This document shows positions 50,674 to 60,579 of a stretch of 64,000 nt of DNA, in pieces; within the stretch, counting starts at the first letter, position 1; each line of letters begins with the position of its first letter. A program made the translations under genes and the position numbers. The notes under the pieces were generated by a model. That model saw only the letters and a list, made by a program, of their open reading frames with translations. It was not told the origin of the DNA and ran no database searches. Source of the stretch: Candidatus Spongiisociaceae bacterium (GTDB taxonomy: Bacteria > Actinomycetota > Acidimicrobiia > Spongiisociales > Spongiisociaceae); contig CBDCOH010000002.1 of assembly GCA_965219685.1 (NCBI GenBank), forward strand, positions 2,464,001 to 2,528,000. Direction: 5' to 3'.

Positions 50674-52098
50674 ATGAGAGTTCCGTGCACCGGCATCCGA
50701 ACCTCGAGATGGGCCACTTCCGCGGTCTTGGCGGTCGGGGTGCTGGTGGCTGCTTCCTGTTCGGCGCCCGAAGAGGTGGTGTTCGAAGGCATTCCCGCAC
50801 CATCGACCGAGGCTACGCCGGCGAGTACCGACGGCGAGGCAGGCGCCGCTCCGCCCACGCCTACATCCGGACCCGGGCCCACCTCGACCACGGCTGCGGC
50901 GTCCGCGCCGGATGGCACCACCGTCGCTACGACTTCCGCGGCGACCAGCCCTGCGGCCACCCCCTCGACGCTGGCCGTCTCGGAGACAAGCATCGAGAGA
51001 CTCCCGGGACAGATCGTGGTCAACGACCTTCGTTCGAGATCGGTCACCATCCTCGGTCCGGAGGCGGAGCAGTTCGAGCCGTTCGCGAACCCCGGCGAAG
51101 AGGTCCATCAACCCACATGGTCGCCCGATGGCACGCGGCTGGCCTGGTCCCGCGCCACGAACGAGGGGTTCTCGGTGGTAGTCAGCTCGAATACCGGAGG
51201 CCCCGCCACCGCGTATGACACACCGTTCGGAGTCTTCTACATGCAGTGGCGACCCGATGGCAGAGCCATAGCGCTCCTGGGCGCCTCGGAGCCCGGGCGG
51301 GTAGGCCTGGCGATCCTCGATCTGGACAGCCGGAGAGTCACCACGCTCAACTCGTCCACGTCCTACTACTTCCACTGGTCGCCCGATGGGGACGAGATGA
51401 TCACCCATCTCGACGGCACCCGGCTGGAGCAACTGGACCCGTCGACGGGGGACACATCCCTTCTGGAGACCCTCGACCAAGTCACCTCCGCTTTCCAGGC
51501 TGCCGCCTGGACACCCGACGGTCGGTCCATCCTGTACGTCCGCCCCTCCCCGGCGAACGCAGCGGGATCCGGGGGCGAACTGGTTACCCACGATCTGACA
51601 ACGGGGGAGATCGAAGTACTGGCCAGAGGTACCGGCTTCTTCAACTTCGCCATGTCACCCGACGGGACCGCGGTTGCGTACTCGATCCGGAGCCTGGAAG
51701 GGTCGGCATCCATGGGGATCGTCGATCTCGCCGGCGGCCGCACCGAAGAGATCGACGCGCCCTTCACCCTGGCATGGCAGTGGAGTCCGGACAGCCGCAA
51801 GATCCTGTTGCTGGGCGCCGGGGATAACGCCATGACGGTGAGCGTCTACGAATCAGGAGCGATCACCCGATACCAGGACATCCTCCCCACCGCGACCTTC
51901 GTGCAGAACTACCTGTACTTCTGGAGCCAGTACGACCTGAGCCATAGCCTCTGGGCGCCGGACAGTTCGGCCTTCGTGTTCCCGGCGTTCGACGGCAACG
52001 CCGACTTGGTGTTCCTCCAGTTCCTCGAAGAGGAGTTACCGATCCTGATCGGCCCCGGCTCCATGGCTGTCTTCTCGCCCGCGAGCAACACCCCCTAG
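50674..52098 (+). CDS. TolB-like (PD40 repeat) beta-propeller lipoprotein
   Basis: Lipobox VAASC, a Thr/Pro/Ala linker and repeated WSPDG-like motifs. Confidence 0.85.
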   Translation: MRVPCTGIRTSRWATSAVLAVGVLVAASCSAPEEVVFEGIPAPSTEATPASTDGEAGAAPPTPTSGPGPTSTTAAASAPDGTTVATTSAATSPAATPSTLAVSETSIERLPGQIVVNDLRSRSVTILGPEAEQFEPFANPGEEVHQPTWSPDGTRLAWSRATNEGFSVVVSSNTGGPATAYDTPFGVFYMQWRPDGRAIALLGASEPGRVGLAILDLDSRRVTTLNSSTSYYFHWSPDGDEMITHLDGTRLEQLDPSTGDTSLLETLDQVTSAFQAAAWTPDGRSILYVRPSPANAAGSGGELVTHDLTTGEIEVLARGTGFFNFAMSPDGTAVAYSIRSLEGSASMGIVDLAGGRTEEIDAPFTLAWQWSPDSRKILLLGAGDNAMTVSVYESGAITRYQDILPTATFVQNYLYFWSQYDLSHSLWAPDSSAFVFPAFDGNADLVFLQFLEEELPILIGPGSMAVFSPASNTP

Positions 52099-52104
52099 GG
52101 CACC

Positions 52105-52839
52105 ATGGCGACCCGATCCGGGAACCCGGCCGCAACGGCAGGCGGAACGAGCCACGATGTCAAGCACCCGACAGCGGCACTAGGCAGTGGCTCCCGCCCG
52201 CACGGAGTGACCATCGCCCACGTCCTGGCAGGTGGCGAACCGATGCCGGCACGGCGACTGCTCGACCTCGGGAGAGCCGACATCGTGATCGCCGCCGACT
52301 CGGGAGCGGAGAGCGCGGCAGCGGCCGGGGTGTTCGTCGATGTCCTGGTCGGCGACCTCGACTCGATCACGAAGCAGACCCTGGATCAGGTCATCGATGA
52401 GGGAACCAGCATCGAGGCGCACGATCCCGACAAGGACGCAACCGATCTGGAACTCGCGCTCGCGACAGCGGTCGAACGAGGGGCCGACGAGATCGTGGTC
52501 GTCGGCGGAGGGGGTCGTCGACTCGATCACCTGCTCGGCAATGTGGCGGTTGTTGCCAGCCGGGCCCTCCGACATGTCCCCGTCCGGTGGGAACTGGAAC
52601 GGGAGACAGCCTATGTCGTCCACAGGCGCCGCGCCATCCCGGTCGCGGCCGGTTCCACCTTCAGCTTGATCCCGATCGCGGGCGACGCGCATGGCGTAAC
52701 GCTCACAGGATCGAAGTGGAACCTCCGCGACGCCAAGCTAGATGCAGGAACCTCGCTCGGAATCAGCAACATAGCTGTCGCCTCCGAACTCCGTGTAGAG
52801 GTCCGCAAAGGAACGCTACTGGTAGTGGTTGGTGGCTAG
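52105..52839 (+). CDS. thiN: thiamine diphosphokinase
   Basis: IAADSG, VGDLDS, DKDATDLELAL, RLDH and GISN motifs; start may be downstream (GTG 52207). Confidence 0.92.
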   Translation: MATRSGNPAATAGGTSHDVKHPTAALGSGSRPHGVTIAHVLAGGEPMPARRLLDLGRADIVIAADSGAESAAAAGVFVDVLVGDLDSITKQTLDQVIDEGTSIEAHDPDKDATDLELALATAVERGADEIVVVGGGGRRLDHLLGNVAVVASRALRHVPVRWELERETAYVVHRRRAIPVAAGSTFSLIPIAGDAHGVTLTGSKWNLRDAKLDAGTSLGISNIAVASELRVEVRKGTLLVVVGG

Positions 52840-52990
52840 TGGTTGGTGGCTAGTGGCGGGGTATACCATAAACTAAATACTACTGCTAGCACATAACATC
52901 CATACCATTCACTATTCACTATTCACTATTCACCATTCACTATTCACCATTCACTATTCACTATTCACCATTCACCATTCACCATTCACC
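52825..52990. repeat. G-rich tract, AT-rich core and heptamer repeat (TCACTAT/TCACCAT, ~12 units) between convergent genes
   Basis: GTGGTTG/GTGGCTA units at 52825-52858, AT-rich core at 52860-52902, heptamers at 52903-52990. Confidence 0.92.
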
Positions 52991-53960
52991 AATACACTTC
53001 GGGGTTGGCGCAGTAGGGCATCTTGCTGCCGCGCAAGGCCGCGATCAGGTTCTCCGCGGCCCGCTCCGCCATGAGCCTGCGGGTCCTCACGGTGGCACTC
53101 CCTATGTGCGGCACTACGAGGCAGTTCGGGAGGGACACGAGCCGGTGGGACGAGGGCAACGGCTCAGGGTCGGTGACGTCCAGCCCCGCCGCGGCGATCC
53201 ATCTGCAGGTGAGAGCCTCCACGAGCGCATCGGTGTCTACCACCTGGCCCCTGGATGCGTTGACTAGGGTGGCGGTCGGTTTCATCATGGCGAGCGCGCT
53301 CCGATCGATCAGCCCGTAGGTTCCTGGGTTGAGACTGGTGAGCACCACCACATGGTCCGACTCCGCGAGAAGGGCTTCGAACGAGCGGAACTCGACTCCC
53401 AGCCTCTCCTCGGCGAGGTGGTCGCGCGACCGCTTGTTGTAGAGCACCCGCATCCGGAAGCCGCCCGCCCGCCGGGCCACCGCCCTCCCGATGCGGCCCA
53501 GTCCCACGATGCCGAGGGTGGAGCCATGCAGGTCGCGACCGAGCAGCGCAGCCGGATCCCATTCCCCCCATCGACCCTCTAAGACGTCTTCCATGCCCTC
53601 CCGGAACCTCCGGGCTGCTGCGATCAGCAATCCGAACGCCGTGTCAGCGGTCGTCTCGGTGAGAACATCAGGCGTGTGACCCACCGGGATTCCGCGTTCG
53701 GTGCAAGCGGACAGGTCCACGTTGTCGACGCCCACCGCCATCTGGCTGACCGCGGCCAGCCGCGGCGCCGCAGCCAGCAACTCTCGATCGATCCCGTCGG
53801 TGAGCATGCAATACAGGCCCTGTGCATCACGCACCCTCTCCAACAGCTCATCCCTCGGAATGGCTCGATTCTCAGGCCACATCCAAACGTCCGACACCGG
53901 CCTGAGCCGCTCGACGATGGATCCAGGCGGGTTCCTTGTCACAACGACCTGCGGCGGCAC
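52986..53960 (-). CDS. D-glycerate dehydrogenase / glyoxylate reductase (D-2-hydroxyacid dehydrogenase)
   Basis: AVGVDNVD, GLGRIG, NASRG, GLDVTDPEP and PHIGSAT motifs. Confidence 0.93.
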   Translation of the reverse strand: MPPQVVVTRNPPGSIVERLRPVSDVWMWPENRAIPRDELLERVRDAQGLYCMLTDGIDRELLAAAPRLAAVSQMAVGVDNVDLSACTERGIPVGHTPDVLTETTADTAFGLLIAAARRFREGMEDVLEGRWGEWDPAALLGRDLHGSTLGIVGLGRIGRAVARRAGGFRMRVLYNKRSRDHLAEERLGVEFRSFEALLAESDHVVVLTSLNPGTYGLIDRSALAMMKPTATLVNASRGQVVDTDALVEALTCRWIAAAGLDVTDPEPLPSSHRLVSLPNCLVVPHIGSATVRTRRLMAERAAENLIAALRGSKMPYCANPEVYW

Positions 53961-54043
53961 CAGCCCTCCAATCCGATCAGGCGCACCAATCTACCGATGG
54001 CCGCCCTCCAAGCCTTGGGATCGAGTCCCCGGAGGCGGGAAGA

Positions 54044-55894
54044 TCAGTCTCCGTACAGCTTCTCGATCTCGACCGAGTACCGCTCCAGAACCACGCGGCG
54101 CTTCATCTTCAAGGAAGGTGTGAGCTCGCCGGTCTCGGGCGACCAGGCATCCGGAGCCACGAACCACTTCCTGGCTTGCTCGACCCGGGCAACCTGTTCG
54201 TTGGCCGATTCGACGATACCTTGCACCTCCTCAAGAACTTGAGGCGCCCGGCTGAAGTCCTCGAAACTCCGATACTCCATCCCGTTACTCTCGGCCCACC
54301 CTGGCGCCATATCGGGATCGAGCGCCACCAGCAAGGTGAGATACCGGCGTCCGTCACCGACGACACATGCCTGCGAGACCAGAGAATGCTTGTTGATGAG
54401 GTTCTCCAATCTGGCCGGCGCCACGTTCTTCCCGCCGGCAGTGATGATGATCTCCTTCTTACGGCCGATGATGGTGAGGAACCCACGGTCATCCAGACGG
54501 CCCAGGTCACCGGTGCGCAGCCATCCGTCCTCGCCGAATGCCTCGGCAGTCCCGGCCTCATCCTTGTAGTAGCCCCCCGTGACCAGGCCGCCGCGGATGA
54601 GGATCTCGTCGTCCTCGGCCGTGGCGATCTCGACGCCGGGCATGGCGCAGCCGACAGTCCCGATCCGGTCGAGACCGGAACGGTTTGTCGTGCCAGGGCC
54701 CGACGACTCGGTCATCCCGTAGAGCTCGTACACGGGAATGCCGATCCCCCTGAAGAACATCAGAAGGTCAGCCGAGATCGGTGCAGCAGCCGAGATGGCC
54801 AGTTTGAGTTCATCCAGACCCAAGCCATGGCGGATCTTCGAGAAGACCAGATGGTCGAAGAGACCGAGCTTGATCCGGTCGATCAATCCGGGTCGCCCTC
54901 CGGCAAGCCGGATGCGCTGTGCCTTTGCAGCCAGTTCCACCGCGGCGAGAGCCAGAGCCCGCTTGCGGGCGTTCGGGTTCTCGTTCAGCTTGGCCATCAA
55001 GCCGGCATGGAATTTCTCCCACACCCGGGGGACGGCGAAGAAGACCTCAGGTCGAGTCTCCTGTACAGCCGGGGCTACCTGGGTGATCTCAGGGACATAG
55101 CGCACCGATCCGACGAACCACATCCCCGCGTAGTGGCTCACCATCCGCTCACCGATATGGGCGAGGGGCAGGTAGGAGATCAGCCGTACATTCTCGGGGA
55201 TCTCCGAGAAGGTCCGGTTGACACACTCGAGCGTCCACAGCACGTTGCGGTGGCTGATCATCACCGCCTTGGGTGTTCCGGTGGTACCGGAGGTGTATAT
55301 GAGGGTGGCGAGGTCGTCCTGGGAGACCTCCGCCGAGGAGCGCTCGACCAGCCCGGAGTCCTTCTCCAACTCGGCCTGTCCCCTGGCAACGAGGTCGTCC
55401 CAGGAGATAACACCATCGCTCGCCGCGCCGTCCGGCGGATCCATCACGACGACATGGCTGAGATCCGGCAACTCTCCTCGGATCTGGCCCCACCGCTCGA
55501 GGTATCCGGCGTTTTCGACGATGGCTACCTTGGCGGAACAGTGATCGGCGATGTAACGGATCTGAGACGGCGCGAGAGTGTTGTAGAACGACACAGGCAC
55601 CGCCCCCGCACAAACGGCGCCAAGATCCGCAATGACGTGCTCGGGCCGGTTGCCGGCCATCAGGCCCACGAAGTCACCCTTGCCGACACCGAGGGATCGC
55701 AGGCCCGCGGCGACCTCCCTCACTTTCTGGCGATACGCCGCCCAACTCAGCGTGCGGAGTCCGTCGTGTGCCGACCAGCGGATGGCGGGAAGGCTGCCGA
55801 AGCGCTCCGCGTTCCGGTCGAGCAGGTCCACAAGGGTCATGTCGCCGATCGTCTCGGCGATCTCTCGTCGTTCCCGTTCTATGTCCCTCAGCAT
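54044..55894 (-). CDS. long-chain fatty-acid--CoA ligase (FadD15/Faa1-like)
   Basis: YTSGTTGTPK, SYLPLAH, YGMTE, GRKKEIIITAGGKN and ELTPSLKMKR motifs. Confidence 0.93.
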   Translation of the reverse strand: MLRDIERERREIAETIGDMTLVDLLDRNAERFGSLPAIRWSAHDGLRTLSWAAYRQKVREVAAGLRSLGVGKGDFVGLMAGNRPEHVIADLGAVCAGAVPVSFYNTLAPSQIRYIADHCSAKVAIVENAGYLERWGQIRGELPDLSHVVVMDPPDGAASDGVISWDDLVARGQAELEKDSGLVERSSAEVSQDDLATLIYTSGTTGTPKAVMISHRNVLWTLECVNRTFSEIPENVRLISYLPLAHIGERMVSHYAGMWFVGSVRYVPEITQVAPAVQETRPEVFFAVPRVWEKFHAGLMAKLNENPNARKRALALAAVELAAKAQRIRLAGGRPGLIDRIKLGLFDHLVFSKIRHGLGLDELKLAISAAAPISADLLMFFRGIGIPVYELYGMTESSGPGTTNRSGLDRIGTVGCAMPGVEIATAEDDEILIRGGLVTGGYYKDEAGTAEAFGEDGWLRTGDLGRLDDRGFLTIIGRKKEIIITAGGKNVAPARLENLINKHSLVSQACVVGDGRRYLTLLVALDPDMAPGWAESNGMEYRSFEDFSRAPQVLEEVQGIVESANEQVARVEQARKWFVAPDAWSPETGELTPSLKMKRRVVLERYSVEIEKLYGD

Positions 55895-56089
55895 GTATTC
55901 GCTCCTCGAAGACGGTCCGGCCCGCCGAGTCTACCGAGGTCGCCCTGAAATGGCGGGCAATGAGTGGCGATTCGATTCGGACTCTCCCGCCTTACGAGCC
56001 GGGATCAAGCACCCGAAATACGGTTGGGATCTATCGAGCTCCTGAATCGGACGAGGTCCGCTGCCGGACCCGGAGCGCCGGGCAGTTGG

Positions 56090-57955
56090 TCAACTGCAGT
56101 ACATCTGTTCGATCCGAGGGAAGTAGCGCTCCAATACAACGGCCCGTCTCACCCTAAGAGTGTGCGACAGTTCCCCGGTCTCGGGCGACCATGCGTCGGG
56201 GATGATGCACCAACTCTGGACCTGGTCGGCAGGATCCACCCGGCTGTTGGCAGAATCGACTACCCGCCCTACTTCGTCGAGCACCTGCTGCGCCCGGCTC
56301 AGGTCCTCGAGATCGTCGAATTCGATCCCCCTGCTGGTCGCCCAGCCCGGAGCCAGGCGAGTATCGAGAGCGATCAACATCGTCAGGTAGTCCCGCCCCT
56401 CACCTACCAGACAAACCTGCCCTATGGGGGTGTTCCAACCAACCATCGTCTCCAACTCGAGAGGCAACACGCCGCCGCGGGTGGTCTGAATCAGATCGTC
56501 CTTGCGACCGAGATAAGTAAGGAAGCCGCTGTCGTCGATGCGCCCCAGGTCGCCCGTGTGGAGCCACTCGTCCTTGTCGATTGCCTTCCGGGTCGCCTCG
56601 GGATCGCCGTAGTACCCGCTGGCCACCAACCCGCCACGCATGAGTATCTCGCCGTCATCGGCCGTCGCGACCTCCATGCCGGGCAAGGGATGGCCGACGG
56701 AGCCGAAACGGTTGGAACCGGGGAGATTGGTACAACCGGTGCCCGAGGCCTCGGTGAGGCCATAGAGTTCGAACAACGGAACACCGATTGCAGTGAAGAA
56801 GAGGAGCAGGTTGCGGGAGATGGGCGATCCGGCGGAGATGGCCACTTCGACCTCGTCCAACCCCAGCGCCTCGCGAATCTTCGAAAAGAGGACCCGTTCG
56901 AAGAAACGGAGCTTCGTCGCCTCGACCAATCCCGGCCGCTCCCCGGCCTGCTGCTTCCTCGTGACCGCCACTGCCAGTTCGATGGCCTCCGCGGCCATCG
57001 CGCGCTTGCGGGCGCTGGGCTCTTCCTCCATGCCGGCGACCAGGTGTCCGTGGAAGATCTCCCAAACGCGGGCAGGAGCGAAAAAGGCGGTCGGTCGGGC
57101 GTGACGTATGCCATCGACAAGATCGTCGGGATTCGGAATGCACCGGATCGAACCCGCGATGCACAACGAGTTGTAATGGTTCGCCATTCGCTCGCTGATG
57201 TGAGCCAAGGGCAGGTATGAGATGAGCCTCAAATGAGGCTTCACGTGCGGGAAGGCGAGCCGGGAGCACTCGACGAGCCAGATAGCCTGGCGATGGGTGG
57301 CCATTACGCCCTTCGGCGGACCCGTCGTCCCGGGTGTGTACGAGACCGTTAGCAGGTCGTCCTGCATGACCTCGGCCGACGAACGGTCGACCATCTCGGG
57401 ATCCTCCTCCATGGCGGCTGCTCCCTTCGCCACCAGTTCCGCCCAGGAGATCACTCCGTTGCCTCCGGCCTCCGGTGCCAAGTCCAGAACTACCAGGTGC
57501 TGGAGTTGCGGGAGTTCTTGCCTGACCTCCTCCCACCGCCTCAGGTGCTCCGCGTTCTCGACCACGACCACCTCGGCTTCGCAATGGGCTGCGATGTAGG
57601 ACATCTCCGGCGGTGTCAGGCTCTCGTACAGGGACACGGGGAACGCGCCTGCATGGACAACGCCGAGATCGGCGATGAAGTGCTCGGCCCGCGTGCTCAT
57701 CATGAGACCTACGAAGGCGCCGCTCTCGATCCCCAGAGCTAGGAGGCCGGCGGCGAACTCCCTGGCCTTCTCACGGTAAGCCGCCCATGTGATGGTCCGG
57801 ACACCCTCATCGGTGGACCACTGGAGAGCCGGGAGGTTGCCGTAGCGGCGGGCGTTGCGATCCAACAGATCGACGAGCGTCCGGTCGCCGACAGATTCGT
57901 CTATTTCGCGGCGTTCTCGTTCGATGCCCCGCTTGTATCTAGGCCTGAACAACAC
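56090..57955 (-). CDS. second long-chain acyl-CoA ligase paralogue with degenerate motifs
   Basis: Collinear with the neighbour at 54044-55894 but has YTPGTTGPPKG and ELSHTLRVRR; start uncertain (up to 58012). Confidence 0.85.
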   Translation of the reverse strand: MLFRPRYKRGIERERREIDESVGDRTLVDLLDRNARRYGNLPALQWSTDEGVRTITWAAYREKAREFAAGLLALGIESGAFVGLMMSTRAEHFIADLGVVHAGAFPVSLYESLTPPEMSYIAAHCEAEVVVVENAEHLRRWEEVRQELPQLQHLVVLDLAPEAGGNGVISWAELVAKGAAAMEEDPEMVDRSSAEVMQDDLLTVSYTPGTTGPPKGVMATHRQAIWLVECSRLAFPHVKPHLRLISYLPLAHISERMANHYNSLCIAGSIRCIPNPDDLVDGIRHARPTAFFAPARVWEIFHGHLVAGMEEEPSARKRAMAAEAIELAVAVTRKQQAGERPGLVEATKLRFFERVLFSKIREALGLDEVEVAISAGSPISRNLLLFFTAIGVPLFELYGLTEASGTGCTNLPGSNRFGSVGHPLPGMEVATADDGEILMRGGLVASGYYGDPEATRKAIDKDEWLHTGDLGRIDDSGFLTYLGRKDDLIQTTRGGVLPLELETMVGWNTPIGQVCLVGEGRDYLTMLIALDTRLAPGWATSRGIEFDDLEDLSRAQQVLDEVGRVVDSANSRVDPADQVQSWCIIPDAWSPETGELSHTLRVRRAVVLERYFPRIEQMYCS

Positions 57956-58236
57956 GGTGGCATCAGCTCCCCGGTTGACAAATGCCCCTAGCCCGAAGAT
58001 TACCTCAAGCACCTATAGGAATTGCCCTATTCGTTGAAATCAGGCTGCAGACCTCCCCTCGAGACCCTCGTGATCGAACTATCACTGCAACATGCGCTGC
58101 TGGATCCCGCGACCGAGCGATGGTCCCGGCCGGGCGGAACTGTCCTACGAAGCTATCATCCGGTTGCCGACCGTCACCACTCGGACACCATCCGCGGGGC
58201 GGGCGGGCCGCCTACACAAGCCACCCCCGAGGCACC

Positions 58237-58791
58237 ATGAGACAGGTCTCTTTTTCCCGTATGGAGGACGGCACCAGGGAGGACTACGAACTCCTCGACC
58301 GGCTCGAACGGGAACTCCATACCGATTACGCCGATCGCCTCCTCGAGTGGGTGCAGTGGAACGAGGGCGAAACCGGATACAGGATCAGCCGGTTCGAACA
58401 CGTCCTTCAGTCGGCGACCCGCGCCTACCGCGACGGGCGGGACGAGGAGTTCGTCGTCTGCTGCCTGCTCCACGACATCGGAGACCTCATCTCCCCCTAC
58501 AACCACAGCCAAGCCGCCGCGGACATCCTGAGGCCCTACGTATCGGAGAAGAACTACTGGATCATCCGCCACCACGGTCTCTTCCAGGGGTACTACTACT
58601 TCCATCACTTCGGCGGGGACCGCAACGCCCGAGATGCCTACAGAGATCACCCCTGGTACCACGACACGGTCGAATTCTGCGCGAAGTACGACCAGAACTG
58701 CTTCGATCCCGACTACGAGTCGCTACCGCTGGACTTCTTCGAACCCATGGTGAGACGGGTGTTCAGCCTCCGCAGGCAAGATACGTGGTGA
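58237..58791 (+). CDS. HD-domain metalloprotein (PhnZ-like)
   Basis: EHVLQSA, LLHDIGD, NHSQ, RHHG and YDQ motifs. Confidence 0.85.
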   Translation: MRQVSFSRMEDGTREDYELLDRLERELHTDYADRLLEWVQWNEGETGYRISRFEHVLQSATRAYRDGRDEEFVVCCLLHDIGDLISPYNHSQAAADILRPYVSEKNYWIIRHHGLFQGYYYFHHFGGDRNARDAYRDHPWYHDTVEFCAKYDQNCFDPDYESLPLDFFEPMVRRVFSLRRQDTW

Positions 58792-58880
58792 GTGGTGAGT
58801 GGTGAGTGGTGAATGGTGAATGGTGAATGGTGAATGGTGAATGGTGAATGGTGAACACCTAGCACCTAACCCCTAACACC
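58785..58880. repeat. heptamer repeat (GGTGAGT/GGTGAAT, ~10 units) meeting an opposing CACCTAG/CACCTAA/CCCCTAA tract
   Basis: Lies between the convergent HD-domain and IclR genes. Confidence 0.95.
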
Positions 58881-59612
58881 CGACGAGATTCTTCCGGCGG
58901 CGTCGGCTACCACCGCGGCGATCGCGTCAGGATCCGCCTGGCCCGGGAACCGGTACGCGGGCCCGTGGACATGGATGGCGGCTTCGACCCGTCCGTGACC
59001 GTCATATACCGGGGATGCGACCGAACTGATGCCCTCGGCGAACTCCTCCACGACCCATGCGGACCCGTCGCTGCGGATCCGTTCCAACCGCTCCCGTAGC
59101 AGCCTCGGGTCGGTCACCGTGTTTCGCGTGTAGGCGTTCAACCCGCCACCGATGTAGCTGTCCACTTGTTGCTCGGGCCAATGGGCCAGGATGACCAGGC
59201 CTGATGGCACCACGTGCATCGGGAGCAGGGTTCCCGTCCAATCCCGAACCTGGATGTTGTTAAGCGCGTCCTCTTGAGCCACGTAGTGGACCTTGTTCCC
59301 GTCGGGTACCGACAACCCTGCGTCCTCCCCAACCTCGCGGGCCAGCATCGCGAGGTGCGGGCGCGACCTGAAGACCAGGTCGGCGACCCGGTTCGGGCCT
59401 GCGCCCAGACCGAAGACCCTCGGACCGATGCGGTAGGTGGCGTTCGGATCGACGCGCTCGACCGCCTTCAAGTCCAGCAGGGTGTTGACGATCCGGGCCA
59501 CGGTGCTCTTAGGCATCTCCAACCGCACAGCCAACTCGGTGACGCCCAGCTCGGAAGCGGATATGGCGTCGAGCAACTGAAACGCCCGTGCGATCGACTG
59601 GACTCTGGCCAT
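58866..59612 (-). CDS. IclR family transcriptional regulator
   Basis: VQSIARAFQLL and KSTVARIVNTL HTH, plus effector domain GISSVASPV. Confidence 0.93.
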   Translation of the reverse strand: MARVQSIARAFQLLDAISASELGVTELAVRLEMPKSTVARIVNTLLDLKAVERVDPNATYRIGPRVFGLGAGPNRVADLVFRSRPHLAMLAREVGEDAGLSVPDGNKVHYVAQEDALNNIQVRDWTGTLLPMHVVPSGLVILAHWPEQQVDSYIGGGLNAYTRNTVTDPRLLRERLERIRSDGSAWVVEEFAEGISSVASPVYDGHGRVEAAIHVHGPAYRFPGQADPDAIAAVVADAAGRISSGVRG

Positions 59613-59643
59613 CGGCCTCTCCCGCGACTGTCAGTCCTTGAAA

Positions 59644-59660
59644 GTACCACATGGTGGAAC
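59644..59660. promoter_or_regulatory. putative IclR operator
   Basis: Imperfect palindrome GTACCAC-ATG-GTGGAAC upstream of the IclR gene. Confidence 0.5.
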
Positions 59661-59767
59661 AGTCTCGAAGAGCGGAACATGAGGGAGTCGGCGCTGATGA
59701 GGACGCTGCCCCGAGTGTTGACATCCGGCGTGATTGGTAGGCTCGGAGCCGGAAAGGAGACATCCCC

Positions 59768-60484
59768 TTGGCTACACCCCACATCTCGGCGCCCGAGGGT
59801 GCCTTTGCCCCATCCATCCTGTTGCCCGGCGACCCCCTTCGTGCCCGCTACATCGCCGAGACCTTCCTCGACAATGCCGTCGAGGTCACATCGGTCCGCA
59901 ACATGCTCGGATTCACGGGTTCCTACCGCGGAACCGCCGTGTCGACCATGGGCACCGGCATGGGTATGCCGTCGGCATCGATCTACCTGACGGAGTTGAC
60001 CCGCTTCTACGGAGTCAGGCGCCTTGTCCGGGTAGGTAGCTGCGGCGGTATCTCCACGGATGTGAAGATGCGGGAAGTGATTCTCGCCATCGGCGCCTCC
60101 ACCGATTCGGGGACCAATCGAACCCGTTACAACGGGTGGGACTACGCCGCCACGGCGAACTTCGATCTGCTCAGGGCAGCCTCCGACGCGGCCTCTGCGA
60201 TGGGGATCCGGACCCACGTCGGGAACCTGCACTCATCGGACCTCTTCTACAACAGCTATCAGAACTCTCTGGAGGTCTGGCAGCGCATGGGGATCCTCGC
60301 GGTGGAGATGGAGGCCGCCTCCCTCTATGCGATCGCCGCGGAGGAGCGGGCCCAAGCGTTGGCCATCGTCACGGTGTCCGATCACCTGGTTACCGGTGAG
60401 GAAACTTCCTCGGCTGAACGCGAACGAACCTTTGACAGCATGGTGAAGATCGCTCTGGAGGCTCTGCACGGTGGTGAGTGGTGA
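59768..60484 (+). CDS. deoD: purine-nucleoside phosphorylase
   Basis: TPHI, LPGDPLRA, GMGMPS, RVGSCG, AVEMEAA and VSDH motifs; TTG start after AAGGAG. Confidence 0.96.
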   Translation: MATPHISAPEGAFAPSILLPGDPLRARYIAETFLDNAVEVTSVRNMLGFTGSYRGTAVSTMGTGMGMPSASIYLTELTRFYGVRRLVRVGSCGGISTDVKMREVILAIGASTDSGTNRTRYNGWDYAATANFDLLRAASDAASAMGIRTHVGNLHSSDLFYNSYQNSLEVWQRMGILAVEMEAASLYAIAAEERAQALAIVTVSDHLVTGEETSSAERERTFDSMVKIALEALHGGEW

Positions 60485-60506
60485 GTGGTGAGTGGTGAGT
60501 GGTGAG
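60470..60506. repeat. heptamer repeat (GGTGAGT, ~5 units)
   Basis: Overlaps the deoD stop codon. Confidence 0.93.
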
Positions 60507-60579
60507 TTGTTGTCCCCTCCGTTGTCCGTCTCCGTGAGCTGGTAACTATCCTTGCCTGACCCCGCGTGGAAGGACTCCG

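Noticed and set aside
59685-59760. Hammerhead-like CTGATGA...GAAA or a purine riboswitch upstream of deoD
   Set aside because: The required stems and cleavage triplet cannot be formed, the GAAA is part of the SD region, and there is no purine aptamer consensus.
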